Shown here: positions 1-10,382 of the stretch, in pieces
Layout: each line of letters opens with the position of its first letter
Numbering within the stretch: position 1 is the stretch's first letter
Source of the DNA: Gracilinanus agilis
Lineage: Eukaryota
Reading direction: 5' to 3'
Length of the DNA stretch: 33,000 nucleotides
Assembly (NCBI RefSeq): GCF_016433145.1
Contig: NC_058130.1
Coordinates: forward strand, 183,547,172-183,580,171
Translations under genes and position numbers: made by a program
Notes under the pieces: generated by a model
Told to the model about the DNA's origin: nothing
The model's database searches: none
What the model saw: only the letters and a program-made list of their open reading frames with translations

Positions 1-111
1 ACTTATTTATCTAACACCCAAAGAATCAGAAAGATTAATTTATGAAATTACTTTTCAGTAGGAAATCATAATTTACAACTAAAAAGGTTCTGCAAAGTCA
101 CTTAATTTAAT

Positions 112-190
112 TTCATTTTACAGATGAGGAAATTGAGATGTTAAGTGACTTGCCCAAGATCACACAAGTAATAAGATGAACTCTGTCAGA
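112..190 (-). mobile_element. MIR (CORE-SINE) fragment
   Basis: ttcattttacagatgaggaaattgag..ttaagtgacttgcccaagatcacaca is the reverse-complement MIR core. Confidence 0.75.
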
Positions 191-879
191 ACTGGTCTGG
201 CACAGTAAAGCTAGATCTTCTGTCTCTAGAGCCAGTCCCACCCCAATCCATGCCCACTTTTTTTTTAAACTACATCACATACCACATAATATGACCAAAA
301 GATCATACAAGTCTCTGAAGTGACTTCTGAATCACAAATAGAAAAACTATGGTAAATAAAGTTTCATGCTAATTACATTTCAGTATAATTATCATTTTTT
401 TAAATGGCGACCCATGAATGTTCCATAAAATAGAGCACTTCAGTTTCTAAATATTCTCGACAAATATTGCTGCTTATACTTAAAAGTCTTTTCCCCTCTT
501 AACATTGAATAACTGAATCATAAACTAATGTCTCATTATGTATAAACAGATTAAATTTTTGGTCATGTTACAGAGGTTCAGTGGTATTGTTCTATAAAAA
601 GTTTCTATCCAAGAGTACTTTATAGCTATAATGGCTATTTATCTGTTCTCCCCTCCTTTACCTTGCTTCTTCAAAGCAAATTATTTCCTTTGAGGCTCAT
701 TTTTCTTCATATCTTCTTAGTGCTAAGGACTTGACAATAAGAGTCAGAATTTGAACCTTGAAATCTCTAGAGCATAACAGTTTTCTCTGAGTTTCTGGTA
801 TTATGAAATATCATCAATTCAAGTAATTACTGATAATATTTTAATGCACATAGGTGCATGCACACCCACCACTTCAAAG

Positions 880-1084
880 TTTGTTTGCGAAGGGTTTCAT
901 AAACATTATCACATTTGATCCTCTTAATAACCCTATGATAGAAAGTAATGAAAATATCATCCCCAGTTTAAAAATGACAAAACTAGTTCAGAGAAGTTAA
1001 ACTGTATATCTAATAAGTGGCAAAGCATGGATTCTAATCCAAATCATGAGACTCTAAACCCAGTATATTTTTCACTATATTGCT
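880..1084 (-). mobile_element. MIR fragment
   Basis: cattatcacatttgatcctcttaataaccctatga..ccccagtttaaaaatgacaaaact..gagaagttaa..gactctaaacccagt follows reversed MIR. Confidence 0.65.
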
Positions 1085-1996
1085 ATTGGAATTGTACCCA
1101 TCTCAGCTCCAGAGACTGATAACTATTTTAACATCCCAGGCAAAGTACCTAAAGCTTCAACACAGTTCTATATTATGACATTATGTTGATGAAGAAATAT
1201 TTATGATTTTCATTTTTATTGGGTTTCTATATATACAGATATATAGAATTCCTTCTGAGAAAGATTGTATTTTTTCTTTTAACTGATTGTATCACTAAAG
1301 AACCTTGCCCTTCATCAGACCATGTATTTCAATTCATACTATGATTCCTGATTCCTTCATCGATACTCAACATCTTTCACATTCATAAAAATTCAGAGTA
1401 CAGGAAGACTTGCCAATGCCTCTCTTGTTCACCTTGCCTTTATTCTATCCAAATCAATTTGAGTTGACATGTTGAAGTATTGGGGTTCATTCAATATTCT
1501 GGACAGTAGGTTTGAGTCTTTCTACTTTGAACAAATTATTTCTTGTTCGAATTAACTACAAAACTTCCTTATAATAAACTCTAGGGAATGAGTTTTTTTC
1601 TCATTATTCGGTTAGAGAAGAGTCTTTTTCTTTTTTAAAATTTTCATTTAACCTTACTTAATTCGATAATCTTCTAGGCTACCATACATATAACTAAGGT
1701 GAGATAGAAAAGAAGAACTAAAGAAGACCTTTTTTTCTATTTTTTCTTCCACTTTTTTCTTTTTTGCATTTTTCCCTCATTCATAACAGGCAACAAATAA
1801 ACAACCAAATAAACTAATTATGACTCAAGGGAACTCCTAAGGGAAATAAAGGACAAAGATAGGAAGAATGAGCAAGAGTTAAGAGTGGGGCCATAATAAA
1901 AGAATGGAAAAAATTGTTCTTTTTTCTTCAAGAAGAAGGATGCCTCTAACTGATATTTATATAGTATTAAAAAATTTTTAATGTTTTACAAAGATT

Positions 1997-2092
1997 ATCC
2001 CATTTGGTATTTCCCATAACTCTTTGAGGTAACTGACAAATATTATTAATCTCATTTATGAAGAAGAGGAAACTGGGATTCACCAAATGAGG
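1997..2092 (-). mobile_element. degraded MIR fragment
   Basis: cccataactctttgaggt..tattattaatctcatttatgaagaagaggaaactggga. Confidence 0.45.
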
Positions 2093-3605
2093 TACAAATC
2101 ATCCTGTTCAAACAACTAAAATCCCTTCATATGTGACAAACTTTACACTTAAGACTTTCTAATTATCTTAATTGAGGGAAAAGGTAAAACCTCATACTAT
2201 ACTCTCCACATCCCCTCCCCTCGGTTAAACATAAATCCTTAGTTCCAAATTCTGAAATGCTCTCTAGTGACATGGGAAGTTTCAAGTACTGATTTTTTTA
2301 TGCTTTCCCCAGGGCCTTATATTAATAGTCTCAGAAAACATAATTATAAAAGATAATACCAAAAGTAGAATAACATAAAATGATGTTTGAGGATCAAGCT
2401 AAAAAATGTTTTTAAGGCATTATACTAATGTTAAAATGTTTTTAGAATGTCAGTTTTCATTATAATGGACATCAAAAGTGACTCAAATTCTCATCTTAAG
2501 AGTATAGATAATAGTTATAAAATGGTCAATATGATTTTACTAACCACCTTTAATGGGTATATTAATGATGACAGAATTTTGGTAAGCCCAGAAGATACCT
2601 TAACTACTTTTAGAAAATTAAAATATTTGGGAGAAATTATTTTCACTGAATACATTTACATTGGAAACAGATTGCATAAAACCTTCAAAAATAGTTTTAT
2701 ATTTAACAGTTTTAAGAGATCATCACACACACTAACATAAATAACAATAAACTAAAATTGATAGTCAATGATGAAAAAGTTGTAGACATACTTCTTTTAT
2801 CAGTTGGGGCTGTTTTATATTTAACCATTCTGTTTTTCTATATAGCCCACCTATGACATAATTTTTAAAATGTTCTATTTTGAGACATTAATATTTCAAT
2901 TATAACAATTAAAGTACTGATGTATATACATCCATTGGTTTATTGTCTCTGTGAGAATTATTATATATTATGCTTCTAAACTAATATTAATAATAATGGC
3001 TTCTACTGTCTTTGATCAATATTTAACTCCTGATCAAGATATCTTAACATTTACTCTCAATTTCCCTTGCTTAACAACTGTCCTAAATACTATAGAAAGG
3101 TTATGCCTTTGGTAGTGGTGATTGGTAATAGAAATGTTTAAGCCAATAAGAAAATATTAGGTTCAAGCAAGCATATAGGAGATGATGTACATAAAATTTC
3201 TTGAACTCTAAAAAAATGTTGAAAATATTATATAAGAGCAAATTATCAGTAGGAGTGTCAAAGGTAATAGCAACAGATTATGACATTTGGGAAGCAGTTC
3301 ACATCAGAAAGCCATGTAAATTTAAAGGTTGCTGGCAGGAGCTGGCATGGCTAGAGAAAGGAAAAGCAGCTCTAGCTGCTAGAAAAGGGGGTAAAAATGT
3401 CTAAGATGATGAAGAAAAGATAAGAGTCAGAAAAAGCAGTGTGGAAAAGGCCACGAATAAGACTTGCTCAGCAATGGTCTTGGTTTTTTGGTTGGCTTTT
3501 CTGTCAGAAAATAAAGAATGAGATCATTATGAATGAACAAACATAGTACAACTGAAAATTCTTTAGTCTTCTTGTATGTTGATGTGGTTCAAAACTTGAG
3601 CAATT

Positions 3606-3705
3606 AGGATTAGGAATCAAAAAATGTGAGTGTGAATAAAAGAGTTCTGCTACCTATGCCTTGTATGAGAGGGCAAATCAAACTTCTCACTTCTGTTAGT
3701 TCCAG
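3606..3705 (+). mobile_element. MIR 5' part; its last ~52 bp are duplicated at 5053-5106
   Basis: ggattaggaatcaaaaaatgtgagt..ctgctacctatgccttgtatga..gggcaaatca resembles the MIR head and core. Confidence 0.5.
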
Positions 3706-4054
3706 CTGCTCCTACAAACTTTTTCCCTCTGTGCATGTATGCAGAGCCATCAGTAAAGATTTTGAGTTCTGGGTTTTTAATTGGCATGTTTTTCAAATCT
3801 GTTTATTTTTTTGTACCACAGACAAAGCTCTTCCCATTTTCCAAGCCAAGTTTCAATGTATCTACTTCAATTTATCTGCTTAGCTAGGAAGGCTTTCTGC
3901 TTTGCTATTTTTTGCTTTTTGTCCTTGTGAGGCTTTTTTAGCTAAAGGGAGGGACTAATTCAAAATGGCTGCCATCTGACTGCTTTTCAGTATTTTGTTC
4001 AAAAAATGGCTTTTTTGTGATTATATCACATTCTTTGTTTTGGCTCTCCACAAA
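3706..4054 (-). mobile_element. internally deleted ERV (class I-like) internal remnant: PBS-like site, leader and pol RNase H start
   Basis: Minus frame 3799-3704 reads DLKNMPIKNPELKIFTDGSAYMHRGKKFVGAA, matching the retroviral RNase H xFTDGS motif. TTTGTGGAGAGCCA directly follows the LTR end and loosely resembles a tRNA-Arg PBS (TGGCGAGCCA). Confidence 0.75.
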
Positions 4055-5052
4055 TGTATATGGGTGAGTATTAATGGTAGATGGGTGGATATCTCGACTC
4101 CCCCCTTGTTAGCTTTCAATGGGCCAGATCAGCTATTCGCTCACCCATACCCCAGGGAAAACCTATGAAGGAATAAACTCAGTGAGCTTCCCAAACTAGC
4201 AAAGCTATAATGGAGATGTTGAAAGAAGGAGTTGGAGTTCAGTTGTGACCCTAATGGATGGGATCCCACCACCAGAGCCAGCCCTGTTGAGACAAGCCTT
4301 CCCCAACTCCTAAGTACAAGTAGCTTCACCCCTCAAGATGGAGTCTGGTAATGGTCTTCCCCTCAGCCACCAGATCAATCACCTCCCCACTCAATGTAAT
4401 TGTTCCAGGCTCTAAGTATCAACTTTCAGGAGTTTAATAAAGTATAAATCAAATTCAGGGTACAGGGGGAAAAGGTATATAGGAATCCAGGAAGGAGGGA
4501 AAGGATGAACTTTTCTATCAGCTGAATCTTCTCTCCCAAGAGAGCAGCTCTGGACTTCTTCAGTGGCTTGGTCATAGTAGCTAACTCTCTCTTCTCTCTA
4601 GTCTCCTATCAAATATTTCTAAACTAATATAAAAGGGAAGTAACAGGATCAATGGATTCAGGCAGAATCAGGGAAGGGACCCCACTTCCTTCAAGCCCAC
4701 TCCCCCAGGAGTTCAGACTCTCTGGCCAAATGGGAGAATTGCTGGTCAATGTCTTCTCTGTTGGTATTTGTGGAATTCCAATAGTCACACATAAAAGTAC
4801 AGAGGAACCCAATTCACTCAGGATTCACTCCACAAGCCCAACCTCCCAACCAAAGGAAAAAAGCCCCAGCTCCTTGTCCGGTTAGGAAAAAAGTGACAGT
4901 TGAGGACCTTCAGAATTCTCCTCCAAATTCCTCTTGCTGTTGGCCTCTCCCAAACAGAATTCTGAATGGGCACATTCTACTGGGTTGGTTTCAGGGTCCA
5001 TTCCACCCCCAGCTGCCTGCTTGCCTTTGCAAATTCAGTTCACACTGTTACA
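4055..5052 (-). mobile_element. ~1 kb LTR (5' LTR of the truncated provirus)
   Basis: TG...CA ends (tgtata..tgttaca); aligns end to end in reverse with 7688-8690, e.g. ccatttggccagagagtctgaactcctgggggagtgggc vs ccatttggccaaagagcctggactcccagggggagtgggc. Confidence 0.75.
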
Positions 5053-5140
5053 CTATGCCTTGTATAATCTTGGGCAAATCAAACTTCTCACTTCTGTTAG
5101 TTCCAGTTTCATCATCTATAAAATGAAGGTTGGTCTAGAT
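5053..5140 (+). mobile_element. MIR 3' continuation
   Basis: cttgggcaaatc..cagtttcatcatctataaaatgaaggttggtctagat is the MIR core and tail. Confidence 0.65.
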
Positions 5141-5320
5141 CCATGATGGTGAACCTATGGCACACATGATGGTACGCACAGACCTCTCTGTGGGAATGCA
5201 TGCTAAGGATTCAATGCCCCCAAAGACCCAATGCACCCATCCCTGCAGCACAGAGTTCACCAGAGTTCCTAACTAGAAAGCCAGAGGGAGGTGCAGCAAG
5301 GTTGCTCCCTTCCCCCTCTT
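5141..5320 (+). mobile_element. hAT-Charlie DNA transposon left end (OposCharlie1-like terminus), truncated
   Basis: ccatgatggtgaacctatggcac resembles CAGTGATGGCGAACCTATGGCAC and is preceded by the Charlie-type target gtctagat (NTCTAGAN, 5133-5140). No right TIR found; right boundary is approximate. Confidence 0.6.
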
Positions 5321-5726
5321 CCCAGTAGGAGTTAGTATGCAGGCCTCTTCAAGACAACATCCCTTGCAGGACAAAACTGCCCCACTCCATTCAGAATACA
5401 ATGGTCTCTTCATTACCTTTGGCATGAGTGAGACAGAAACAACTTATGTCTCTTCTATCAGAAGCAACCAGTGTCTTTACTACACAAAGTATGTTTGGGA
5501 TTTACTGAAGTGTCTTTTGAGTTTGTACTTTAAAAATATTCAAAACTATAATCTAGTGATTTAGGAATAAGTTTTATGAACTTGAGGCTAAGCTAATAGC
5601 CTCCTCCCTATTCTATAACCCCCTTTTCTGTTTCTTTTAAATCCAGTTTTCTTCACAAAGGAAAAATAATTTCTACATATTATATAGAAAAAATTATTCT
5701 GTTACTGTATAACACATTTCACTTAC

Positions 5727-5775
5727 AGAAGAGCTGAATTTAAAAGACTTTTTCAATAGCATTAATTTCAATCTT
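5727..5775 (-). other. candidate 49-nt cassette or poison exon
   Basis: Minus strand ccctgttctcttatttccAG|AAGATTG...CTCTTCT|GTAAGT; open only in phase 2 (RLKLMLLKKSFKFSSS). Confidence 0.3.
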
Positions 5776-6200
5776 CTGGAAATAAGAGAACAGGGTTTAA
5801 AAAACGGGCTTTGTAAGGAAAAAGTCTGAAAGGTTTTGTAGGACTTTCCTACTATATATGACTTTACAGTATTAAAATATGGGTTTGAAACTTCTTCCAG
5901 TTAATTCAACCACATACCAACTTAGTCCCAAGTTGAAGAGATACCATTTTTCAACCAGAGCAGAGCAAAAAGTTACCTGTATTATGTAGAGTTGTTTGTG
6001 AATTGGAATTTTTTTAAAGGTTTTATTTAAAAAATACTTTTTAAAAGTACTTGTCACAGTAAGTGAAAGGCTGACAGTTTGCCCTAGCAGAGCCTGGTAT
6101 TCGTGTACTAGAAATGGAAGGTGTGAGTCATAGCGAGTAGGCCTAAGGAAATGGGGTATATTCAGCCTTTTGCTTCACCGGATCTTGAGTCAACTTTTAC

Positions 6201-6218
6201 CTTCATCAACAGAAGCCA
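6201..6218 (-). other. candidate 18-nt microexon (TGGCTTCTGTTGATGAAG; xASVDE in phase 1 or WLLLMK in phase 0) of an unidentified host gene
   Basis: ttttcttgctttcAG|...GAAG|GTAAAA; branch-like CTGAT at about -30; no AG for 110 nt upstream; UGC at -9..-7; repeat-free flanks that retain CpGs. Confidence 0.55.
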
Positions 6219-7228
6219 CTGAAAGCAAGAAAACCAATGGGGTGAAATCAGTCACAGAGGAAGTTACAAAGGGTTGTTTTTCCAAACAACAAAATGAAGG
6301 TAGACATGGAAAAGTTGGCAAAAGAAAGTTCTTAACTTGGTGGGAAGGGTTGGGATTTAAAAAGATTCAATTATCCTTTTTCCAAAAGCCTACAATAAGT
6401 AGAAAGAGATCGCCATAGTCCTAGTATACATTTGACAAGGAGGTTGAAGATACAGTGAGAAAAGTAAAGCCTCAATTGACATTCAGGTATTCTAAAAATA
6501 GATTATATTAATCAAAATCTACTGCCATTTATGGAAGGAAAAAAATGGTTAGGGAGACAACTAAATAGCTTTCATTTTAGTCTTTGCATCTGCTCTTATA
6601 GATCAACAGCCAGACCACACCATTACTTTTCCTTCATTATTGTTTTTTTTTCCCATTTTAGATGTGGGCATTATCAGATTATCCCTCTGACAAGGATTCA
6701 CCATGTGCAGTGTCTCACAAGACAACTAAATGGCCCAGAAATAATTAAGGAGGGAGGAGGAAATCAATGCTTTAAAAAGTCAAACACACCACCAAAATGG
6801 ATAAAGTTCAATTTTTCTTTTTACATAGCTATTATTTCAAAGGAATTTAATAGCAAAATCATACAACTAAATTATTAAATAAATGAGACTACAATCTCAA
6901 AAAAGCAACCTAAAGTTCCAAATTCTAGAATATGTAATACTTTAGAAGTCCAACAATTTCAAGATAAAGAACTCAAATTTTAAAAAGAAAATACCAAACT
7001 CAACCTCTGCTGAAAACATCAAGAAATACATATTCCTAAATAAGTATGTTCTGAATTTGACCATAGAATAGTCATAGATTATGTAAAGTCAATAATTAGC
7101 TCTCAGAAACTACAAATATAGCATCTACTCTATGTCTGGCATTTTGCTAAGTGATTTTTACAAATATTACCTTAGGTACTTAGACTTAGTTAAGTTAGGT
7201 TGCTCAGATATGTTAATAAACCCCAAGA

Positions 7229-7687
7229 ATGTCAATTAGTAAATAAGCATTTATTAAGTGTCTCCTATGTGTAAAGCAATATGCTAAGCACTGGGGCTAC
7301 AAAAAAAAGGCAAAAGGCAGTCCTTGCCCTTGAGGAGTTCATAATCTAATGGAGGAAACAACAAATAAACAAAAATGTACAGGATAAAGAGGAAAAAATT
7401 AATAGAAGGAAGGCACTAGATCTAAAAAGGGTTAGGAAAGACCTCCCTGAAGAAGTGTGATTATGGTCAGGACATGAAGCAGCTTAGGGAAGCTAAGAGA
7501 CAAAGAGAACATTCCAGGCCCAAGAGATAGATTGCTAGAGATGAGTGCCTTGCTGAGGAAGAAGAAAGAGGCCAGGGTCACTGGAATGGAAAATTTATGG
7601 AATGCAGTAAGGTGTAATAAGTCTTGAAACATAGCCATGGTTGAGGGAAACTGAGGAATAGATTATAAAAGGCTTTAAATGCCAAAG
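7229..7687 (-). mobile_element. L2 LINE 3' region, interrupted by an LTR
   Basis: aataagcatttattaagtgtctcctatgtg..ctaagcactgggg..gcccttgaggagttcataatctaatgg is the reversed L2 3' end. Confidence 0.85.
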
Positions 7688-8690
7688 TGAGGACAGACTG
7701 ATTGGACTTAAAAGAAGAAAATCAAGCAAGGAATGCACCTCTGAGGTGGAATTCAGAACAAGCCCAGGAAGAATCTTGAGGAAATGACTGTTGGGGAGGG
7801 GCCAGAGTGAAGAGGGAAATTCTGTGGAAGATATCCCAACTGCCACACTACTCACGGAACCTTGAATGGGTCAGAGAGGGAGGTGGGTGGTGGTGATCCT
7901 ATGAGAATCTGGTGCTCCTGAACCCCCAAAATAGAGGATTTCCTTGAGTATTACAACTGCTCTAACTAGCCAATCATCTCAATTGATCTACCAACATCAT
8001 TTACCAGCTGAGAAGATATAAACATAGCAGTTACTCCATTTGGCCAAAGAGCCTGGACTCCCAGGGGGAGTGGGCTCTGAGGACCCTTCTGAATCTGCTT
8101 TATCCCCAACTCTGTTATTCCCTAAGTTTAGTTAATTAGTTTATAGGTTAGGAGTTCCTGGGGCTTGAGACAGTTACCGGAGGAGAGCTACAGAAGAATT
8201 CCAGTACTGCTCACCCCAGAGAAAGAAACTCACTTTGATAGAGAAGCTGATCCTTTACCCTCTGTCCTGAATCCCCACAATCCTTCCCTTAGTCCTTGAA
8301 TTCCTCTAATATCAAATAAATCCCTGTTTAGTTACTTTAGTCAGAGTTTGGAACAGTGACTTGGGAGTGGGTGGTGTGTTGGGTGGCTGAAGGGTAGAAA
8401 AGAACATTTTACTCCAGCTTGGAGGGAAAACCATTTGGGGGGACTGGGGAGGCTTTAGCTTAAATCAGTGGCTCTGGGTACTAGACAAAATCCATTTAGG
8501 TCTCAAACGATTCCTAACACATTCCTTTATCATCTCAACAACCCTTCCATTTTGGGGAGCCCCCTCATGAATTACACCCCCAAAGGTCTTCCCAGTAGGA
8601 GAGGGGAGTGAATAGCTTTGGCCCACATATTCCAGTCAGGTGGGGGGTCACCAGAGCACACCCCAACTATCTGATACCCCCCCTCATACA
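7688..8690 (+). mobile_element. solo LTR (~1 kb), same family as 4055-5052
   Basis: TG...CA ends; CCAAT 7970-7974, TATAAA 8017-8022, AATAAA 8315-8320; L2 resumes on both sides; no clean TSD. Confidence 0.75.
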
Positions 8691-8930
8691 ATGCTGGAAG
8701 TGATAGGGAGCCTCTGGATTTTACTGAGTAAGGGGATATCTTGGTAAGGTCTTCACTTTAGGGAAAATCACTTTGGCAACTGAAAGGAAGATGGATTTGA
8801 ATGTAGAAAGACTTGAGGCAGGCAGACCCACCAGCAGGTTACTACAACAATCAAAACATGAGGTAATAAGGGCTTACCCCAGGTTGGTAGCAGTGTCAGA
8901 GAGAAGGGGACATATCTGAGTACTGTGGAA
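8691..8930 (-). mobile_element. L2 continuation
   Basis: ggaagtgatagggagcctctgg..tttagggaaaatcactttggca..gaaagacttgaggcaggcagacccaccagcagg. Confidence 0.8.
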
Positions 8931-9034
8931 ACATTAGTAAGCACTGTAACTAATAAGAAACACAGGTCACATTAGAGGAAGTTACCCAAAAAGAGGGTAT
9001 CAGGACAGAAATTAGCCAAAGTCAACCAGAAGTA

Positions 9035-9182
9035 AAGATTATCTGAGTTCAAATCCCTACTCTGATGATTGCCATTTGTGTGATCTTAGGTAAATTACTT
9101 AACCCCTCTGAAATAGCTTTTTTCCATCATAAAAAAGAGTTTTAGATCAGATGGTCTATAAGAAACCTCCCAGTATCTAAAA
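9035..9182 (+). mobile_element. MIR
   Basis: ctgagttcaaatccctactctg..tgtgtgatcttaggtaaattacttaacccctctg..ttagatcagatggtct. Confidence 0.7.
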
Positions 9183-9305
9183 GAAATAATCTTTCAAAGG
9201 AGCTAGAAGGAAATGCTAATTCCTTCGAATCCAGGAAATCCTAACCTATAGTTTAAGATTTAGCTAAAGAGGACAATAACTCTCAGATGCTGCTGCCTTT
9301 AATAA

Positions 9306-9338
9306 GGAAAAAAAAAAAAGAAAAGAAAAAAAGAAAAA
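9306..9338 (+). repeat. A-rich tract
   Basis: gaaaaaaaaaaaagaaaagaaaaaaagaaaa. Confidence 0.85.
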
Positions 9339-9829
9339 TACTGTCCATAACTGAAGATAGAACAATATATCTTTCAGAGAAATAGAGCAAAACAAAGGAA
9401 AAGCACAAACACTGAATTACAATTGTACTATACCTCAAATGAGAATCTCTTAGGGGAAAAACTGAATCTATTTAAGAAACTTAAGCAATTATTTGAATTG
9501 CTAAAAGTAAGTGCAGTGTTCTGTGCAGAGATCTCTCCACCTTCTCCACTCTTATTCCACAGCCAAAGATGCCTTCCATCTAGGTTCTGACTTCAGAGAA
9601 CAGTGAAGTCAATCAGAAAGGCCTCGATATTTTTTCTTCTGCAGAGAACTGCCAACCAAAGGCCAAGCTTAAGCCAAAGGCACTCAAAAAAATACTGTGC
9701 TAAGTCATGTCCATTTGACATGGGGATACGGACTACCCCTACAGATCCCAAAACCCCAGAATGTGTCCCAAGTCAGAGAGTACATAAAAGATTCATTTTT
9801 CTTTGCATTCCTGCAGTGCTAGGGAAGGT

Positions 9830-10382
9830 GACTTTGAGCTAAGAGAAAGATCCCCTCTGGCCTCTCCCCTCATTATTGATGAGCACAGACAGGCACCTCC
9901 CAGCTTACTCCTGATAAGCATCTATTTTATATCCCTGACATCTGATTATCCTCTAAACTGAACAGTTCACCCCCTTTTGACTTTGAGGCATAGGACATAA
10001 CCACATGACCAATCTTGGGTTCCAGAGATCCATTAACATGCCATCATCATTCTATCTCTAGTCACATAGGCCTTGTTGTTGAAAAGATATATAAAGCCCA
10101 GAATACATATCCTCTAGGAGGCAGCATTCCACCTGCTCTGCCACCTTCAGCCATTACATTTGATTTAACCATTTGTCTTATTTTCAAATTAATAAATCTC
10201 TTTTATTTTTAAGCTAGCTATTGGAACCTGTAATTTTTTTAAAATAATTTTTATTTTTTAGAAAAGTTATCATGGTTACATGATTCATGTTCTTACTTTC
10301 CCCTTCACCTTCCCCCCCACCTCAGGTCCTCCCCACCCCATAGCCAATGTGCATTTCCACTGGGAACCTGTCATTCTTGACA
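9830..10382 (+). mobile_element. solo LTR-like element containing an L1 insertion (left boundary uncertain)
   Basis: CCAAT (~10009), gatatataaagc (~10086), AATAAA (~10191) in LTR order; ends ttcttgaCA at 10382. Confidence 0.5.
10232..10362 (-). mobile_element. 5'-truncated L1_Mdo-like 3' end with TSD
   Basis: catggttacatgattcatgttcttactttccccttcacc..gccaatgtgcatttccactgg; TSD ggaacctgt at 10223-10231 and 10363-10371. Confidence 0.85.

Noticed and set aside
404-411. Isolated YY1-like AAATGGCG
   Set aside because: Single short motif with no promoter or CpG-island context
2446-2740. 97-aa + strand ORF, with a possible 136-nt exon 2446-2581 (TACTAAT branch-like site, tttttAG, TTG|GTAAGC)
   Set aside because: No recognisable protein similarity, AT-rich chance-like composition, short pyrimidine tract, and opposite to the inferred host strand
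6170-6878. + strand ORFs of 82 and 115 aa, and the acceptor-like ttttcccattttAG at 6661
   Set aside because: No homology recognised and no convincing donor; the first ORF is the antisense of the microexon region
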